Source: Myxococcota bacterium
GTDB lineage: Bacteria; Myxococcota_A; SURF-8; G963663525
Direction of reading: 5' to 3'
Length of the DNA: 64,000 bases
Assembly (NCBI GenBank): GCA_963676915.2
Contig: CAXXVK010000043.1
Span: forward strand, 128,001 to 192,000
Of the stretch, positions 51,129 to 61,136 are shown one piece after another. The position numbers were made by a program, and so were the translations under genes. Below the pieces are notes generated by a model. It saw only the letters and a list, made by a program, of their open reading frames with translations, did not search any database and was not told where the DNA came from. Each line of letters begins with the position of its first letter. Positions within the stretch are counted from its first letter, which is position 1.

Positions 51129-52484
51129 TCACTTTACGACGGATTGCAGATCCTTACCCATCGCCTTGAAAAACTCCAGCTTCGTCAACTGTTTTTCCAG
51201 GCGTTTCAGGACGAGATCGATTCGGTTGTTCTGATGAGTGTTGCGGGCGTCCACCACGTCCAGTGAGGAAACCGTACCGTTTTCGTAATAGGTTTCCGCA
51301 AGTTTCAAAGATTCTTCCGAAATGTCGGCTTTTTCCTCGGACATCCGCAGTCTGTCCACCGCTTCACGGTAATTTCTCTCGGTTTGACGCACTTCCAGCT
51401 CGGCGTTGTCCAGCGTTTCTTGCTGCGCCAGGCGAGCGCTTCGAGTCGCGGCGCGGGTTTGCTGCAAATCGCCGTAGGTTGTGTAGTCGAACAATGGAAT
51501 CGACAATACAAGCCCCGCATACCAACGCGAACGCTCGATGCCGCTGTTGCTCTCCGCCGGATCGGAGAGTTGGTAGTTCCATTGCCAGGATGCTCCCAGG
51601 GTTGGAACGAATTGCATGTAGTTTGCCAGATGCTGTTTTTCAGCTACCTCAAGATTGCGCTTGGCGATTTTCAGATCGAAACGATGTTCCTTGGCTCCGG
51701 CGAGAGTTTCTTCCTCCGAGGTTTCGGGGAACTTCTCCAGGGTTTCTCCTTCTTCGGGTAAAGGCAGCGTGTCCATGCACAACAGGGTTTTTAGGGTGTC
51801 TCGGGCATTTTCGAGACTGTAATGCGCCTGGATCAGACTATCTCTCGTTGCCACGAATTCGCTTTGGTAGCGGGTGACATCCAGCCGTGTTCCCACCCCG
51901 TGTCGATGGCGAAAATCGGCCATTTCCATGTGGTGCCGGATCGCCTCTAGCTGACTTTCGTACACCTTGATCGTCGAGCGTGCCGAAATCGCCTGATAAA
52001 AGGCGGAAGCCACGGTAAAAAGCAGTTCCTGACGGACTTGCTCGGCATTCAGGCGAGACAATTCAAGGCTTTTCTTCGAAGAGGAAACTCCCACCCATTG
52101 TTGAGCGCTGACCAATGGAAGATTCGCCGAAATTGCGGCATCAAGATCGTGGCGGGCACGGGTTTCTATGGATTGCCCGTTGACGACGCTCGACTCGGCG
52201 TGATCGTAGAGAATATAGTTCAGTGAGCCGTCCACGGTGGGCAGCAAGCCACCCCATGAGGTCTTCAGTCGTCCTCTCGCCGCTTCGATTTCCGCCCGGC
52301 TCTGCTGGATGGTCAGGTTCCGTTGTTTGGCCAACTCGAAAGCTTGCGGGAGCGTAAGCGACTCGCCTGGAGCGATGGCCGGAACGGCTACGGATGTCAG
52401 GGAGCGCGCTTCGACCGAAATCGGGAGTGTCAAACATGCGAAAAATGCAACAAAAACGAGCCGTTTCATATTGATAAGATTCAT
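51129..52484 (-). CDS. TolC-family outer-membrane efflux protein
   Basis: Signal peptide, two OEP repeats (LP.V/L, Y..G..S.LDV.DA); coupled to the RND gene. Confidence 0.92.
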   Translation of the reverse strand: MNLINMKRLVFVAFFACLTLPISVEARSLTSVAVPAIAPGESLTLPQAFELAKQRNLTIQQSRAEIEAARGRLKTSWGGLLPTVDGSLNYILYDHAESSVVNGQSIETRARHDLDAAISANLPLVSAQQWVGVSSSKKSLELSRLNAEQVRQELLFTVASAFYQAISARSTIKVYESQLEAIRHHMEMADFRHRHGVGTRLDVTRYQSEFVATRDSLIQAHYSLENARDTLKTLLCMDTLPLPEEGETLEKFPETSEEETLAGAKEHRFDLKIAKRNLEVAEKQHLANYMQFVPTLGASWQWNYQLSDPAESNSGIERSRWYAGLVLSIPLFDYTTYGDLQQTRAATRSARLAQQETLDNAELEVRQTERNYREAVDRLRMSEEKADISEESLKLAETYYENGTVSSLDVVDARNTHQNNRIDLVLKRLEKQLTKLEFFKAMGKDLQSVVK

Positions 52485-55400
52485 CCCGCTACCTCCGTAG
52501 CTTCTTTTGCGGGTTGGGTTTCCGTTTCGTTACCGGATTTGAAAAACGCCCGAAGATGCTCGGTCATCACGAAAAGCGCCGGTGTCAGCAACAACACGAA
52601 GGTTGTCGCAACGACGATTCCGAAGCCCAGGCTTACCGCCATCGGAACGATCATACGTGCCGAGAAATCCGTTTCGAAGATCATCGGCATCAGACCGAAG
52701 AAGGTGGTTGCCGTCGTGAGGAAAATCGGCCGGAATCTTCGGCAGGCTGCGTCGATCGCCGCCCGTTCGGGTTCCAATCCCTCGTTTCGCAGGTTGTTGG
52801 CCGTATCGACGTATACAATGGAGTCGTTGACCACAACCCCGGCCAGAGCCAGCATACCCATGATGCTGAACATGCTCAAATCCATGCCCAGCAACACGTG
52901 TCCCAGCACCGATCCCACCATACCGAAGGGAATGGCGGACATCACCACGAACAGGGGTTGCAGGTAGCTTTTCAACGGAATGGCGATTAGGGCGAAAATC
53001 GCGAGCAGCGCCAGTGCGAACCCGAGTTTCATGTATTCGGCGAAATCCTGCATATCTTCCTGTCGGCCTCGGAACTGCCATTTCAATCCCGGATACTGAG
53101 CTTCAAGTGACGGCAGATAGGACGAGAAAAGTTCTCCTACGATTTCGTTGGCGTTGGCCTGGTTTTCATCCACGGCCGCTTGAATCTGCAAGGTCCGTTT
53201 GGCGTCGGTGCGTCGGATGGAAGTATAGGCCCGGCCGAAATCGATTTTCGCCACATCCTGCAACGGCATTTCGCCACCGCTTGGAGTGCGGATCATCAGG
53301 TTTTCCACGCTTTGCAGATTTTCCCGTTCTTCGCGGGTCAGGCGTACCATGACTTTGACTTCGTTGCGTCCCCGTTGTTGGCGCAGGGCTTCGGAACCAT
53401 AGAATCTGGCGCGAACCTGACGAGCCAACTCGGCAGCCGTCAAACCGGCGTTCACGCCCTCGGGAGTCAGCTTGAAACTCCATTGAGTTTTGCCCAATTC
53501 GATACCGTTGTCAATGTCGTGCACACCGGAAAAGGACTCCAACTGCTCGCCGACTTTTTGGGCGCATAGCTGAAGAATCTCGTTGTCCGGGTGCGATAGT
53601 TCGAAGTCGATGGCTTTGCGTGTTCCGTGCATGGTGGCACTGAAAACGATGGTGTCCAGCATATCGGTGGGACCGAATTCTTCGCGCCAGGCGCGGGCGA
53701 ATTGTGCTGAACTGAACGTGCGTTCGTCCGGAGATACCAGCATGATTTCCACCGAGGTCAGATTGCTCGAGGAGGCACCGACGCTACCGCGTGGTCCTCT
53801 ACTTGCCCCTTGCCCGAGTCGAGCGAAGATTCCGAGGGTGATTTTATCGCCACCGAAAGCCGCAATCGCACGTTTTCCCGACTCGACCAGACGGCGCATG
53901 ACGCGCTCGGTTTCCGTAGAGGACACGCCGAAAGGCAATGTAGCCGAAACCTGGACGCGGTCGGTGTCGTCTTTGGGAAAGTCGATGTACTTGATGCGTC
54001 CGCCTGCAACGATACCCGCTACGACGATCAACAAGCTCAGACTTGCCGCCAGAGTAATCCAGCGGTTTCGTACCGTCGCCGTGACGACAGGTCGAAAGCG
54101 GGTTTCGATAAAGCGGGTCATCGCATCCGAAAACGCCTTCTGGAAGCGTAATACCGCACCGAAAAGGTTCTGAGAACGGCCGTTTTTCTTTACGTGAGCC
54201 AGGTGTGCCGGGAGGATGAAAAACGATTCGACGAGCGAAATGATGAGCACGAAAATCACGATGACCGGTACGGCGAACACGATCTTGCCGAACGTTCCGG
54301 GAACCATCAGCAGCGGGAAAAATGCGGCAACGGTCGTTCCGATGGAGAAAAACACCGGCATCGCCATTTCTTTCACGCCCAGAATCGCCGCCTCGATCGG
54401 CGGATGTCCTTCGTTTCGCTTGTGAAAAACGTTTTCACCGACGACGATAGCGTCATCCACCACCATACCGAGCGTAACGAGGAAGGCGAACATGCTGATC
54501 ATGTTCAGTGAAACACCCAAGGCCGGTAAAAACAGAAACGAGCCTAAAAATGAGACGGGAATTCCTAAACTGACCCAGAACGCCAAACGGGGTTCGAGAA
54601 AGAGTCCCAAAATGAGCAACACCAGTGCCAGTCCGATGGCGGCATTGCGTAACAGCAGATCTAGACGTTCCTCGAACATTTTGGAGCGGTCGTTCCAGGT
54701 TGTTACTTTGATCTTGTCGGGAAGTTTCTGTCGCAATGTTTCGGCATAGCCTTTGACCGCTTCGGCAACCTGGGTCGGCGATTGTTCACCCACGCTGGAA
54801 ACGTCCAGAACCAAAGCCCGTTCGCCATTGAAAAAGCCCGCAATATCGCTTTCTTCGAAATCGTCGTTGATTGTGGCGATGTCTCCTAGCGGCACCTGAG
54901 CGCCATCGTTCCCGAAAACGATTGGAATGTTGGCGAATTCATAGCCGTAATCCCGGCGTTCCTGCACGCGCAGGAGAATATCACCGGCGCCGCTTTTCAC
55001 GCCGCCGCCGGGAGTTTCCACCGCCATATTCTTGATTTGCTGGGCGATTCCGTCGAGTGTGACGTTGTATTTCCGTAAAGCATCCTGCGTCAGTTCGATT
55101 CCGATTTCTTCACTACGTACGCCTTTGATTTCGACTCGCGAAACTTCAGATAACCCCAACAGACCCTCGCGGATTCTCTCGCCGTAGGCATGCAGGGTTT
55201 GTTCGTCCACATCTCCGTATACGACAAGACTGATGGCTTCCGCCGTCATTTCACGCATGGAAACGATGGGGTTTTCGATTCCATCGGGAAACGAGCTGAT
55301 GCGATCCACCGCGCTTTGTACGTCATTTAAGGCTTTGTTGCGGTTCGTGCCCTCTTCGAGTTCGACCGTGATCGAACCGGAACCTTCCGAGGCGACCGAA

Positions 55401-55663
55401 TACACCTTTTTTACACCGTCGAGTGGTCGCACCGCTTCTTCAACCGACAGCAGCAGTCCGCGTTCGATTTCCTCGGGGCTGGAGCCGGGATAGGCGATGC
55501 TGATGCTCACCTGATCCATTTCGATTTTCGGAAAGACTTCCTTGTTGATTCGCTGGCTCATCAGCACACCGCCGACGAGCAACATCACCATCAGCAGGTT
55601 GGCTGCTACCGGGTTTCTGGCCATCCAGGAGAACGACCCCTTGTACAAATCCGAGCGTTTCAT
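52481..55663 (-). CDS. RND efflux permease (AcrB/AcrD/AcrF family)
   Basis: NPVAANLLM, GMVVDDAIVVGEN, GVVVNDSIV, RFRPI.LTT.TT. Confidence 0.96.
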   Translation of the reverse strand: MKRSDLYKGSFSWMARNPVAANLLMVMLLVGGVLMSQRINKEVFPKIEMDQVSISIAYPGSSPEEIERGLLLSVEEAVRPLDGVKKVYSVASEGSGSITVELEEGTNRNKALNDVQSAVDRISSFPDGIENPIVSMREMTAEAISLVVYGDVDEQTLHAYGERIREGLLGLSEVSRVEIKGVRSEEIGIELTQDALRKYNVTLDGIAQQIKNMAVETPGGGVKSGAGDILLRVQERRDYGYEFANIPIVFGNDGAQVPLGDIATINDDFEESDIAGFFNGERALVLDVSSVGEQSPTQVAEAVKGYAETLRQKLPDKIKVTTWNDRSKMFEERLDLLLRNAAIGLALVLLILGLFLEPRLAFWVSLGIPVSFLGSFLFLPALGVSLNMISMFAFLVTLGMVVDDAIVVGENVFHKRNEGHPPIEAAILGVKEMAMPVFFSIGTTVAAFFPLLMVPGTFGKIVFAVPVIVIFVLIISLVESFFILPAHLAHVKKNGRSQNLFGAVLRFQKAFSDAMTRFIETRFRPVVTATVRNRWITLAASLSLLIVVAGIVAGGRIKYIDFPKDDTDRVQVSATLPFGVSSTETERVMRRLVESGKRAIAAFGGDKITLGIFARLGQGASRGPRGSVGASSSNLTSVEIMLVSPDERTFSSAQFARAWREEFGPTDMLDTIVFSATMHGTRKAIDFELSHPDNEILQLCAQKVGEQLESFSGVHDIDNGIELGKTQWSFKLTPEGVNAGLTAAELARQVRARFYGSEALRQQRGRNEVKVMVRLTREERENLQSVENLMIRTPSGGEMPLQDVAKIDFGRAYTSIRRTDAKRTLQIQAAVDENQANANEIVGELFSSYLPSLEAQYPGLKWQFRGRQEDMQDFAEYMKLGFALALLAIFALIAIPLKSYLQPLFVVMSAIPFGMVGSVLGHVLLGMDLSMFSIMGMLALAGVVVNDSIVYVDTANNLRNEGLEPERAAIDAACRRFRPIFLTTATTFFGLMPMIFETDFSARMIVPMAVSLGFGIVVATTFVLLLTPALFVMTEHLRAFFKSGNETETQPAKEATEVAG

Positions 55664-56940
55664 GGATGGACCTCGGCCTTGTCGTCGGTTTTGTCGCTAG
55701 CTGCTTTTCGTCTTGGCTTGTAACCTTTTTGCTGGTCGGATTCCGTTTCCATATTTTCGGCCAGACGCAATTCCATTCCGGCAACGGGAATCTGTATCCG
55801 GCTGGTGATAACCGCCGCTCCATCGCTCAGGTTTCCTCGCACGATCGTTCGGTCCGCTTCGCGCCACAACAATTGCACGTTGGCGATATCAAGGCGGCTC
55901 TGGTCGTCGAGCAGCCAGACCTTTTTTTCTTCGTGCAAAGCCCCTTCGGGAAGGGCGATGGCATCGGGTAGCTGTTTTCCCAATAATTCGACTCGCACGT
56001 AAGCCCCCAACATCAAAGGTAATTGACTTTTACCTTTCGTGTCGTCTTTACCGGATGATTTCAGATAATGTGGATCTTCGACGCGTACGAGAAGCTGGGC
56101 GGTTTTTCCGCTGGTGTCCAGTTCAGCCAGAAGTTTGATGACCTGTCCGTCGAAAACTTGTTCTTCTTCGCCAAAATGATACAGAATCCGCGCTTTCGAG
56201 CCGTTCTTGCCGCTGTCGTCGGGTAAGTCGAGCCAGCGAAGTTTTTCGAGCGGAACGGACACCTGCACCCAGAAGGCGTCGCTATCGACCAGGGTGGCGA
56301 TCAATGTCTGAGAAGACACCACTTGACCGGTATCCACGTTCTCCGCGATTACAAAAGCATTGAAAGGGGCACGGATACGGGTTCGAGACAAATCCAATTG
56401 GGCTTTTTCGAGGCTGCTTTGTGCCGATGACAGCGCCGCCTTGGCGCTTTGCAACTGAATCTCACGGGTTGCAAGGCGCTTGGCTTGCTCGGTCGGCTCC
56501 ACATTGTGCTCGATCAATTCCCATTCGCGCTTCGCCGCCGAGTGATTCGCTTCTTCCTGCGCCAAGGCAAGTTCGGCCTGCGCCACGGTTCCTTCCTGGG
56601 AACGGACCTGCAAGCGGTAGTCGCTTGTATCGATACGTAGCAAGGTGTCGTCTTTTTTGAGGTGTCCGCCGGGGATCAGACGGTCCGACATCGAGGTTAC
56701 GCGCCCACTGACCTGCGGATACACATCCACGCGACGAGCGGCTTTGACGGTGCCCATCGTTTGAACCACTGCTTGGATGGTTTCCTGACGTACGGAAATC
56801 GTTTCGACCGTCATGGCCTTTTGAGCGGCGTGAACGCGTGAGGGCGCTTTTCGAGTTCCGACAAAGTAGGAAAAAATCACCGCTCCCCCGCCTAGCAAAA
56901 CGAGAATCGCGAGAATGGTTTTATAGGGTTTCGGTTTCAT
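55660..56940 (-). CDS. RND periplasmic adaptor (membrane fusion protein)
   Basis: PQVSGRV, LSRT.IRAPFNA; ATG 56940 with AAGGAGG RBS. Confidence 0.93.
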   Translation of the reverse strand: MKPKPYKTILAILVLLGGGAVIFSYFVGTRKAPSRVHAAQKAMTVETISVRQETIQAVVQTMGTVKAARRVDVYPQVSGRVTSMSDRLIPGGHLKKDDTLLRIDTSDYRLQVRSQEGTVAQAELALAQEEANHSAAKREWELIEHNVEPTEQAKRLATREIQLQSAKAALSSAQSSLEKAQLDLSRTRIRAPFNAFVIAENVDTGQVVSSQTLIATLVDSDAFWVQVSVPLEKLRWLDLPDDSGKNGSKARILYHFGEEEQVFDGQVIKLLAELDTSGKTAQLLVRVEDPHYLKSSGKDDTKGKSQLPLMLGAYVRVELLGKQLPDAIALPEGALHEEKKVWLLDDQSRLDIANVQLLWREADRTIVRGNLSDGAAVITSRIQIPVAGMELRLAENMETESDQQKGYKPRRKAASDKTDDKAEVHP

Positions 56941-57054
56941 TTCTAGTGCCTCCTTACGAACGTAACCGTTTACGTCACCTACGGTATCAGACGTTTCTTT
57001 TTGGTTCAGCTTAGTTTCGGTAGCAGGTTTGTATCCAATATGGTCGATGTTTGC

Positions 57055-57078
57055 ATACAAAGGTACAATTCGATACAA
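57055..57078. promoter_or_regulatory. TACAA direct repeats, candidate OmpR/RstA-type binding site
   Basis: TACAA at 57056, 57064 and 57074 in the divergent promoter region between the efflux operon and the two-component system. Confidence 0.5.
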
Positions 57079-57189
57079 AAACGAAACGGAATTCGACGTT
57101 CGGTTGTGATTTAATAAAATTGATATGTGCGGATACATGGAGCCGGTGCCGTATTTTGGACGCGGGAGTTTTGTAGAAGGAAAAAACTC

Positions 57190-57915
57190 ATGATGCAAAA
57201 CGAACAGAAACGCATCCTGTTGGTGGAAGACGACGAGAAACTAGCCAACCTCGTCAAAGATTTTCTAGAATCCAACGGATTTTCGGTACTTATCGAAATG
57301 CGTGGAGACCAGGCCGCCGAACGGATCGAACGGGAAGAGCCGGATATTCTGATTCTGGACTGGATGCTTCCGGGAATGGACGGTCTCGCCATTTGTCGGC
57401 AGGTTCGTAACCGGTTCAACAAGCCCATTCTGATGCTCACCGCACGAGGAGACGAGGTGGATGAAATCGTCGGTCTGGAAGTAGGTGTTGACGACTATCT
57501 TGCCAAGCCGGTACGACCGCGATTGCTTTTGGCGCGAATTCATGCGCTTTTGCGTCGTTTTGATCCTTCCGATACAACTGGTACGACCTCTATGATAGAT
57601 CATGATGACAAAACCATCTGGCTCGGCAACTTAAGTGTCGATCCGAAAAACCGAAGAGTTTATATCAACGATAGAGAAATCCTGTTGACCACGAGTGAAT
57701 TCGATCTGTTGCTGTATTTGGCTCGTCATTCCGGCGAGTTGCTGGAGCGGGAGCGAATTTACCAGGACGTTCGGGGCATCGAATGGGATGGGTTGGACCG
57801 GTCCATCGATCTGCGTATCGCACGTTTGAGGAAAAAACTTGGAGATGACGCCCGCTCCCCCAAACGGATCAAATCCGTTCGTGGTACGGGATATCTGATG
57901 GTGGCCAATCCATGA
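57190..57915 (+). CDS. OmpR-family response regulator (RstA-like)
   Basis: ILLVEDD, LDWMLPGMDG, DDYLAKP, winged-helix DRSID.RI.RLRKK, VRG.GY. Confidence 0.93.
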   Translation: MMQNEQKRILLVEDDEKLANLVKDFLESNGFSVLIEMRGDQAAERIEREEPDILILDWMLPGMDGLAICRQVRNRFNKPILMLTARGDEVDEIVGLEVGVDDYLAKPVRPRLLLARIHALLRRFDPSDTTGTTSMIDHDDKTIWLGNLSVDPKNRRVYINDREILLTTSEFDLLLYLARHSGELLERERIYQDVRGIEWDGLDRSIDLRIARLRKKLGDDARSPKRIKSVRGTGYLMVANP

Positions 57916-59198
57916 CTCGCCTGTTATTACGAATCAGCATCATTATTCTAATCACGATCGGTTCGGCTTTTATGCTGATCGATTTCATTCTCAAACAGCG
58001 TTTTGAGCACGATTTCAATAAAACGCCACCGACACCCGTGCTGGTCATGGCGAAACTGATCAACGAACAGTTTAGCGAGTTGTCTACCGAGCAACTTCCC
58101 CGCGAAACCCGACGCCTGGCCGAACGTATGAAAGCGTCGATTAATCTCGTGCATAAAGACGATCCCTCGTTTCCGAAAAGCCTTCTAGGTCAGATCGGGG
58201 ATAAACCCGGGGATTTCTGGATGCATTTGAAAGATCATTCGATCTATTTACGACTGAAAGACGACTATTTCCTTCATTTCAAACGTACCGGAAAACGTCA
58301 CAGTACCAGCGAATTCACGATTGCGCTCGTGGTGCTGGCCATGCTGTTGATTACATTTATTTCAGCCTCTTTTCTTGCGTTGCCCATGGTGCGACGCATC
58401 GAGAAACTGCGCCTAGCGGCCCAGCGTATCAGCCGGGGAGAACTCAACGCCCGCGCCGAGCCTTCCGGTCCTTCGGACAGCATCGGTGACCTGGCTCGCT
58501 CGTTCAATCACATGGCGGCAACTAACGAACGCCTGATCGAAAGTCAGCGCCACTTGCTCGAAGCTGTAACGCACGAGTTGAGAACCCCGACCGCACGTAT
58601 ACGTTTCGGTCTGGAATTGATGCTCGATGCTTCGAGCGAACAAGAGCGGGAAAAGCGCCTTACGGACATCGACAATGACCTGACCGAGTTGGATGAACTG
58701 GTCAATGAACTGCTTTTGTATCATCGTTTCGAGGATGGCAAGCGAACCGTGGACCACCAACCGGTGGATGTTTCAGAGGTTATGGAAGGTCTGGTTCGGA
58801 GGCTGGCTCATTTGCGTCAGGAACTCAAGGTGGAGTTACGTATCGACGAATCACTCCCGGCGCTTTCTGCCGATGCCCGCTCTTTCAGTCGGGCGATGCA
58901 AAACCTTCTGGCTAATGCCATGAAATATGCATCTTCTCGTGTGATCGTTGAGGCCAAAGCGACTTCGGATCAACTGGTTATCGACATCATGGACGACGGA
59001 CCCGGTATCCCCGAGAACATGCGGGAAGAGATTTTCCTGCCGTTCAAGCGCGTCGATCCCAGTCGAAGCAAGAGCACGGGTGGCGTCGGGTTGGGGTTGG
59101 CAATTGTCAAACGGATCATCGATCATCACGAAGCGTTCATCGAAATTCGCGACACTCCCGGCGGTGGGGCGAATCTTCATACCCGCTGGCCGTTATAA
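57912..59198 (+). CDS. Sensor histidine kinase (HAMP-HisKA-HATPase, RstB-like)
   Basis: Two TMs, HELRTP, NL..NA.KY, DDGPGI, GG.GLGLAIV. Confidence 0.94.
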   Translation: MTRLLLRISIIILITIGSAFMLIDFILKQRFEHDFNKTPPTPVLVMAKLINEQFSELSTEQLPRETRRLAERMKASINLVHKDDPSFPKSLLGQIGDKPGDFWMHLKDHSIYLRLKDDYFLHFKRTGKRHSTSEFTIALVVLAMLLITFISASFLALPMVRRIEKLRLAAQRISRGELNARAEPSGPSDSIGDLARSFNHMAATNERLIESQRHLLEAVTHELRTPTARIRFGLELMLDASSEQEREKRLTDIDNDLTELDELVNELLLYHRFEDGKRTVDHQPVDVSEVMEGLVRRLAHLRQELKVELRIDESLPALSADARSFSRAMQNLLANAMKYASSRVIVEAKATSDQLVIDIMDDGPGIPENMREEIFLPFKRVDPSRSKSTGGVGLGLAIVKRIIDHHEAFIEIRDTPGGGANLHTRWPL

Positions 59199-59220
59199 AC
59201 CTCTGTTTTTCCAAAGATAA

Positions 59221-59258
59221 GCGCACCTTCGGATTCTGATGGAGGTGTGCTTTTTTTT
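59221..59258 (+). terminator. Intrinsic terminator
   Basis: GCGCACCTTC...GGAGGTGTGC followed by T8. Confidence 0.8.
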
Positions 59259-59417
59259 GCCGATCTTTCTTGCTCATCGCAATAGATTGATCTAATCTCC
59301 GTTTCGGAGAGAGTTTCTCACAAATCGCATGTTCGTTTCGAGTTGTTGGATTCGTTTATCCAAAAATCTGCTCGAATTCGGGCATTGTTGTGTACCCCGA
59401 AACACGAGGAGTCCGCG

Positions 59418-61067
59418 ATGCGTAATCCACGAGGCAGGGACGATTCCATGCGCCGATCCACGTCCCAATCAAGGCGCAATTTCATCAAAAACGCCGTGTC
59501 GGCATCGGCTGTCTTGGGGGCAGCCGCCGTAGTTTCCGGCTGCAACAGTGAAGACTGTGGCGAAACCTGCAACACCGACGATTCCGGGTCCACGGGCAAA
59601 AAACTCAGTTGGGACCGCGAGACGGATGTCATCGTTGTAGGTTCGGGAACGGGACTCGCCTCTGCTCTCGCCTCTTCTGTCTCCGGTTCGGAAACGTTGG
59701 TGCTCGAAAAATGGGAGAGCATCGGTGGTTCGACGAAAATGTCCGGTGGTGTGTTGTGGATTCCCAACAATCCCGTGATGAAACGTAACGGAATCGACGA
59801 TTCCCGTGAAAACGCGATGACCTACGTCACGATGGTGGCCCACGGGCAAGCGGAGGACGAAATCATCGAGGCTTTCGTGGACAGAGGGCCGGAGATGGTG
59901 GAGTTTATCGAGCAACACGCCGATTTCAACTGGCGCAGTTCGGTATTGTTGACCGACTATCACCCCGAATGGCCCGGTTCGGTTTTCCAGGGTCGTAATT
60001 TGGAGCCGGATCTGTCGGGTACCTCGATCACGCTGGGTCCGAAACTCGTGCAGGGGCTGGCGGATGCCGTCGAAAAGGCCGGGGGAGAGATTCTGTTGGA
60101 AACCCCGGTGAAACGACTCGTGACACAACTCAAAGACGATGGAACCCAGGAAGTGCTTGGTGTTGTCGCCGAGCAGGAAGGCAGTGAAATCGCGATCAAA
60201 GCCCGGCAGGGCGTCGTACTGGCTGCGGGTGGTTATGACTGGAATTTCGAGATGAAAAAGCATTTTTTGCGGGGTCCGTCGAAATATACCATCGGTCATC
60301 CGGGCAATACTGGTGACGGTATCCAAATGGCGATGCTGGCCGGAGCGGGTTTGAGCAATATGAACGAATGTTGGGGCGCTGTAGTCTATAAAGATGAGAC
60401 CGAGGCAGCCCACGAAAACGGCGATCCCGGCGTGTTGACCGCCATGACTCAGCGCCGTATGTGCGGCTGTATTACCGTCAATCGCTACGGCAAACGTTTC
60501 GGAAACGAAGCGGGGGATTACGACTCTTCCTGGCGCTCGTTTTTTTCGTGGGAAAACTGGGGAGATACCTTCGACCACAACCTTCCCGCTTACCAGATTT
60601 CAGACAAAAGCGTGGAACCCAGTGCGGAACGGGGAATCGTAGAAGCCGACACGATTCGGGAACTCGCCGAAAAACTGGGGATCGACCCGGATGGTCTGGA
60701 AGCTACGGTAGAGGAATTCAACCAGTGTTGCGAGAACGAGCAAGACCCGCAATTCCATCGTGGTGAAAGCGCGTACGATACCCATTATGGGAAAACGCTG
60801 GGCACCATCGAAGATCCGCCGTTTTACGGGATCGAAGTCGCCCCGGCGGATCTTGGAACCTGCGGTGGGGCGCGTGTCAATGCCAACGCACAGGTGCTTA
60901 ATCCCATGGGTGAACCGATTGCGCGGTTGTATGCGGCGGGTAACAACGCCGGGGTTGGTGGTCCGGGTGCTGGCTACGGCGGTGGGGGCGGGACCATCGG
61001 TCCGGGGCTGACGTTCGCACACATCGCCGGTTTGCATGTGGCGGGGTTGGAGAAACAAGAAGAATAG
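59418..61067 (+). CDS. Tat-exported FAD-binding dehydrogenase (3-ketosteroid-delta1-dehydrogenase / flavocytochrome c family)
   Basis: SRRNFIK Tat motif, VVSG-C lipobox, GGST.MSGG..WIPNN, DYHPE.PG, GNTGDG, GKRFGNE, LGTCGG, Y.GGG.TIG. Confidence 0.85.
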   Translation: MRNPRGRDDSMRRSTSQSRRNFIKNAVSASAVLGAAAVVSGCNSEDCGETCNTDDSGSTGKKLSWDRETDVIVVGSGTGLASALASSVSGSETLVLEKWESIGGSTKMSGGVLWIPNNPVMKRNGIDDSRENAMTYVTMVAHGQAEDEIIEAFVDRGPEMVEFIEQHADFNWRSSVLLTDYHPEWPGSVFQGRNLEPDLSGTSITLGPKLVQGLADAVEKAGGEILLETPVKRLVTQLKDDGTQEVLGVVAEQEGSEIAIKARQGVVLAAGGYDWNFEMKKHFLRGPSKYTIGHPGNTGDGIQMAMLAGAGLSNMNECWGAVVYKDETEAAHENGDPGVLTAMTQRRMCGCITVNRYGKRFGNEAGDYDSSWRSFFSWENWGDTFDHNLPAYQISDKSVEPSAERGIVEADTIRELAEKLGIDPDGLEATVEEFNQCCENEQDPQFHRGESAYDTHYGKTLGTIEDPPFYGIEVAPADLGTCGGARVNANAQVLNPMGEPIARLYAAGNNAGVGGPGAGYGGGGGTIGPGLTFAHIAGLHVAGLEKQEE

Positions 61068-61084
61068 CCGGATCGGGTATATAT

Positions 61085-61118
61085 AAAAAAGGATACGGAG
61101 AGTCCGTATCCTTTTTTT
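61085..61118. terminator. Bidirectional intrinsic terminator
   Basis: AAAAAAGGATACGGA-GAG-TCCGTATCCTTTTTTT between convergent genes. Confidence 0.92.
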
Positions 61119-61136
61119 ATGCCTGTATTTTTCACG

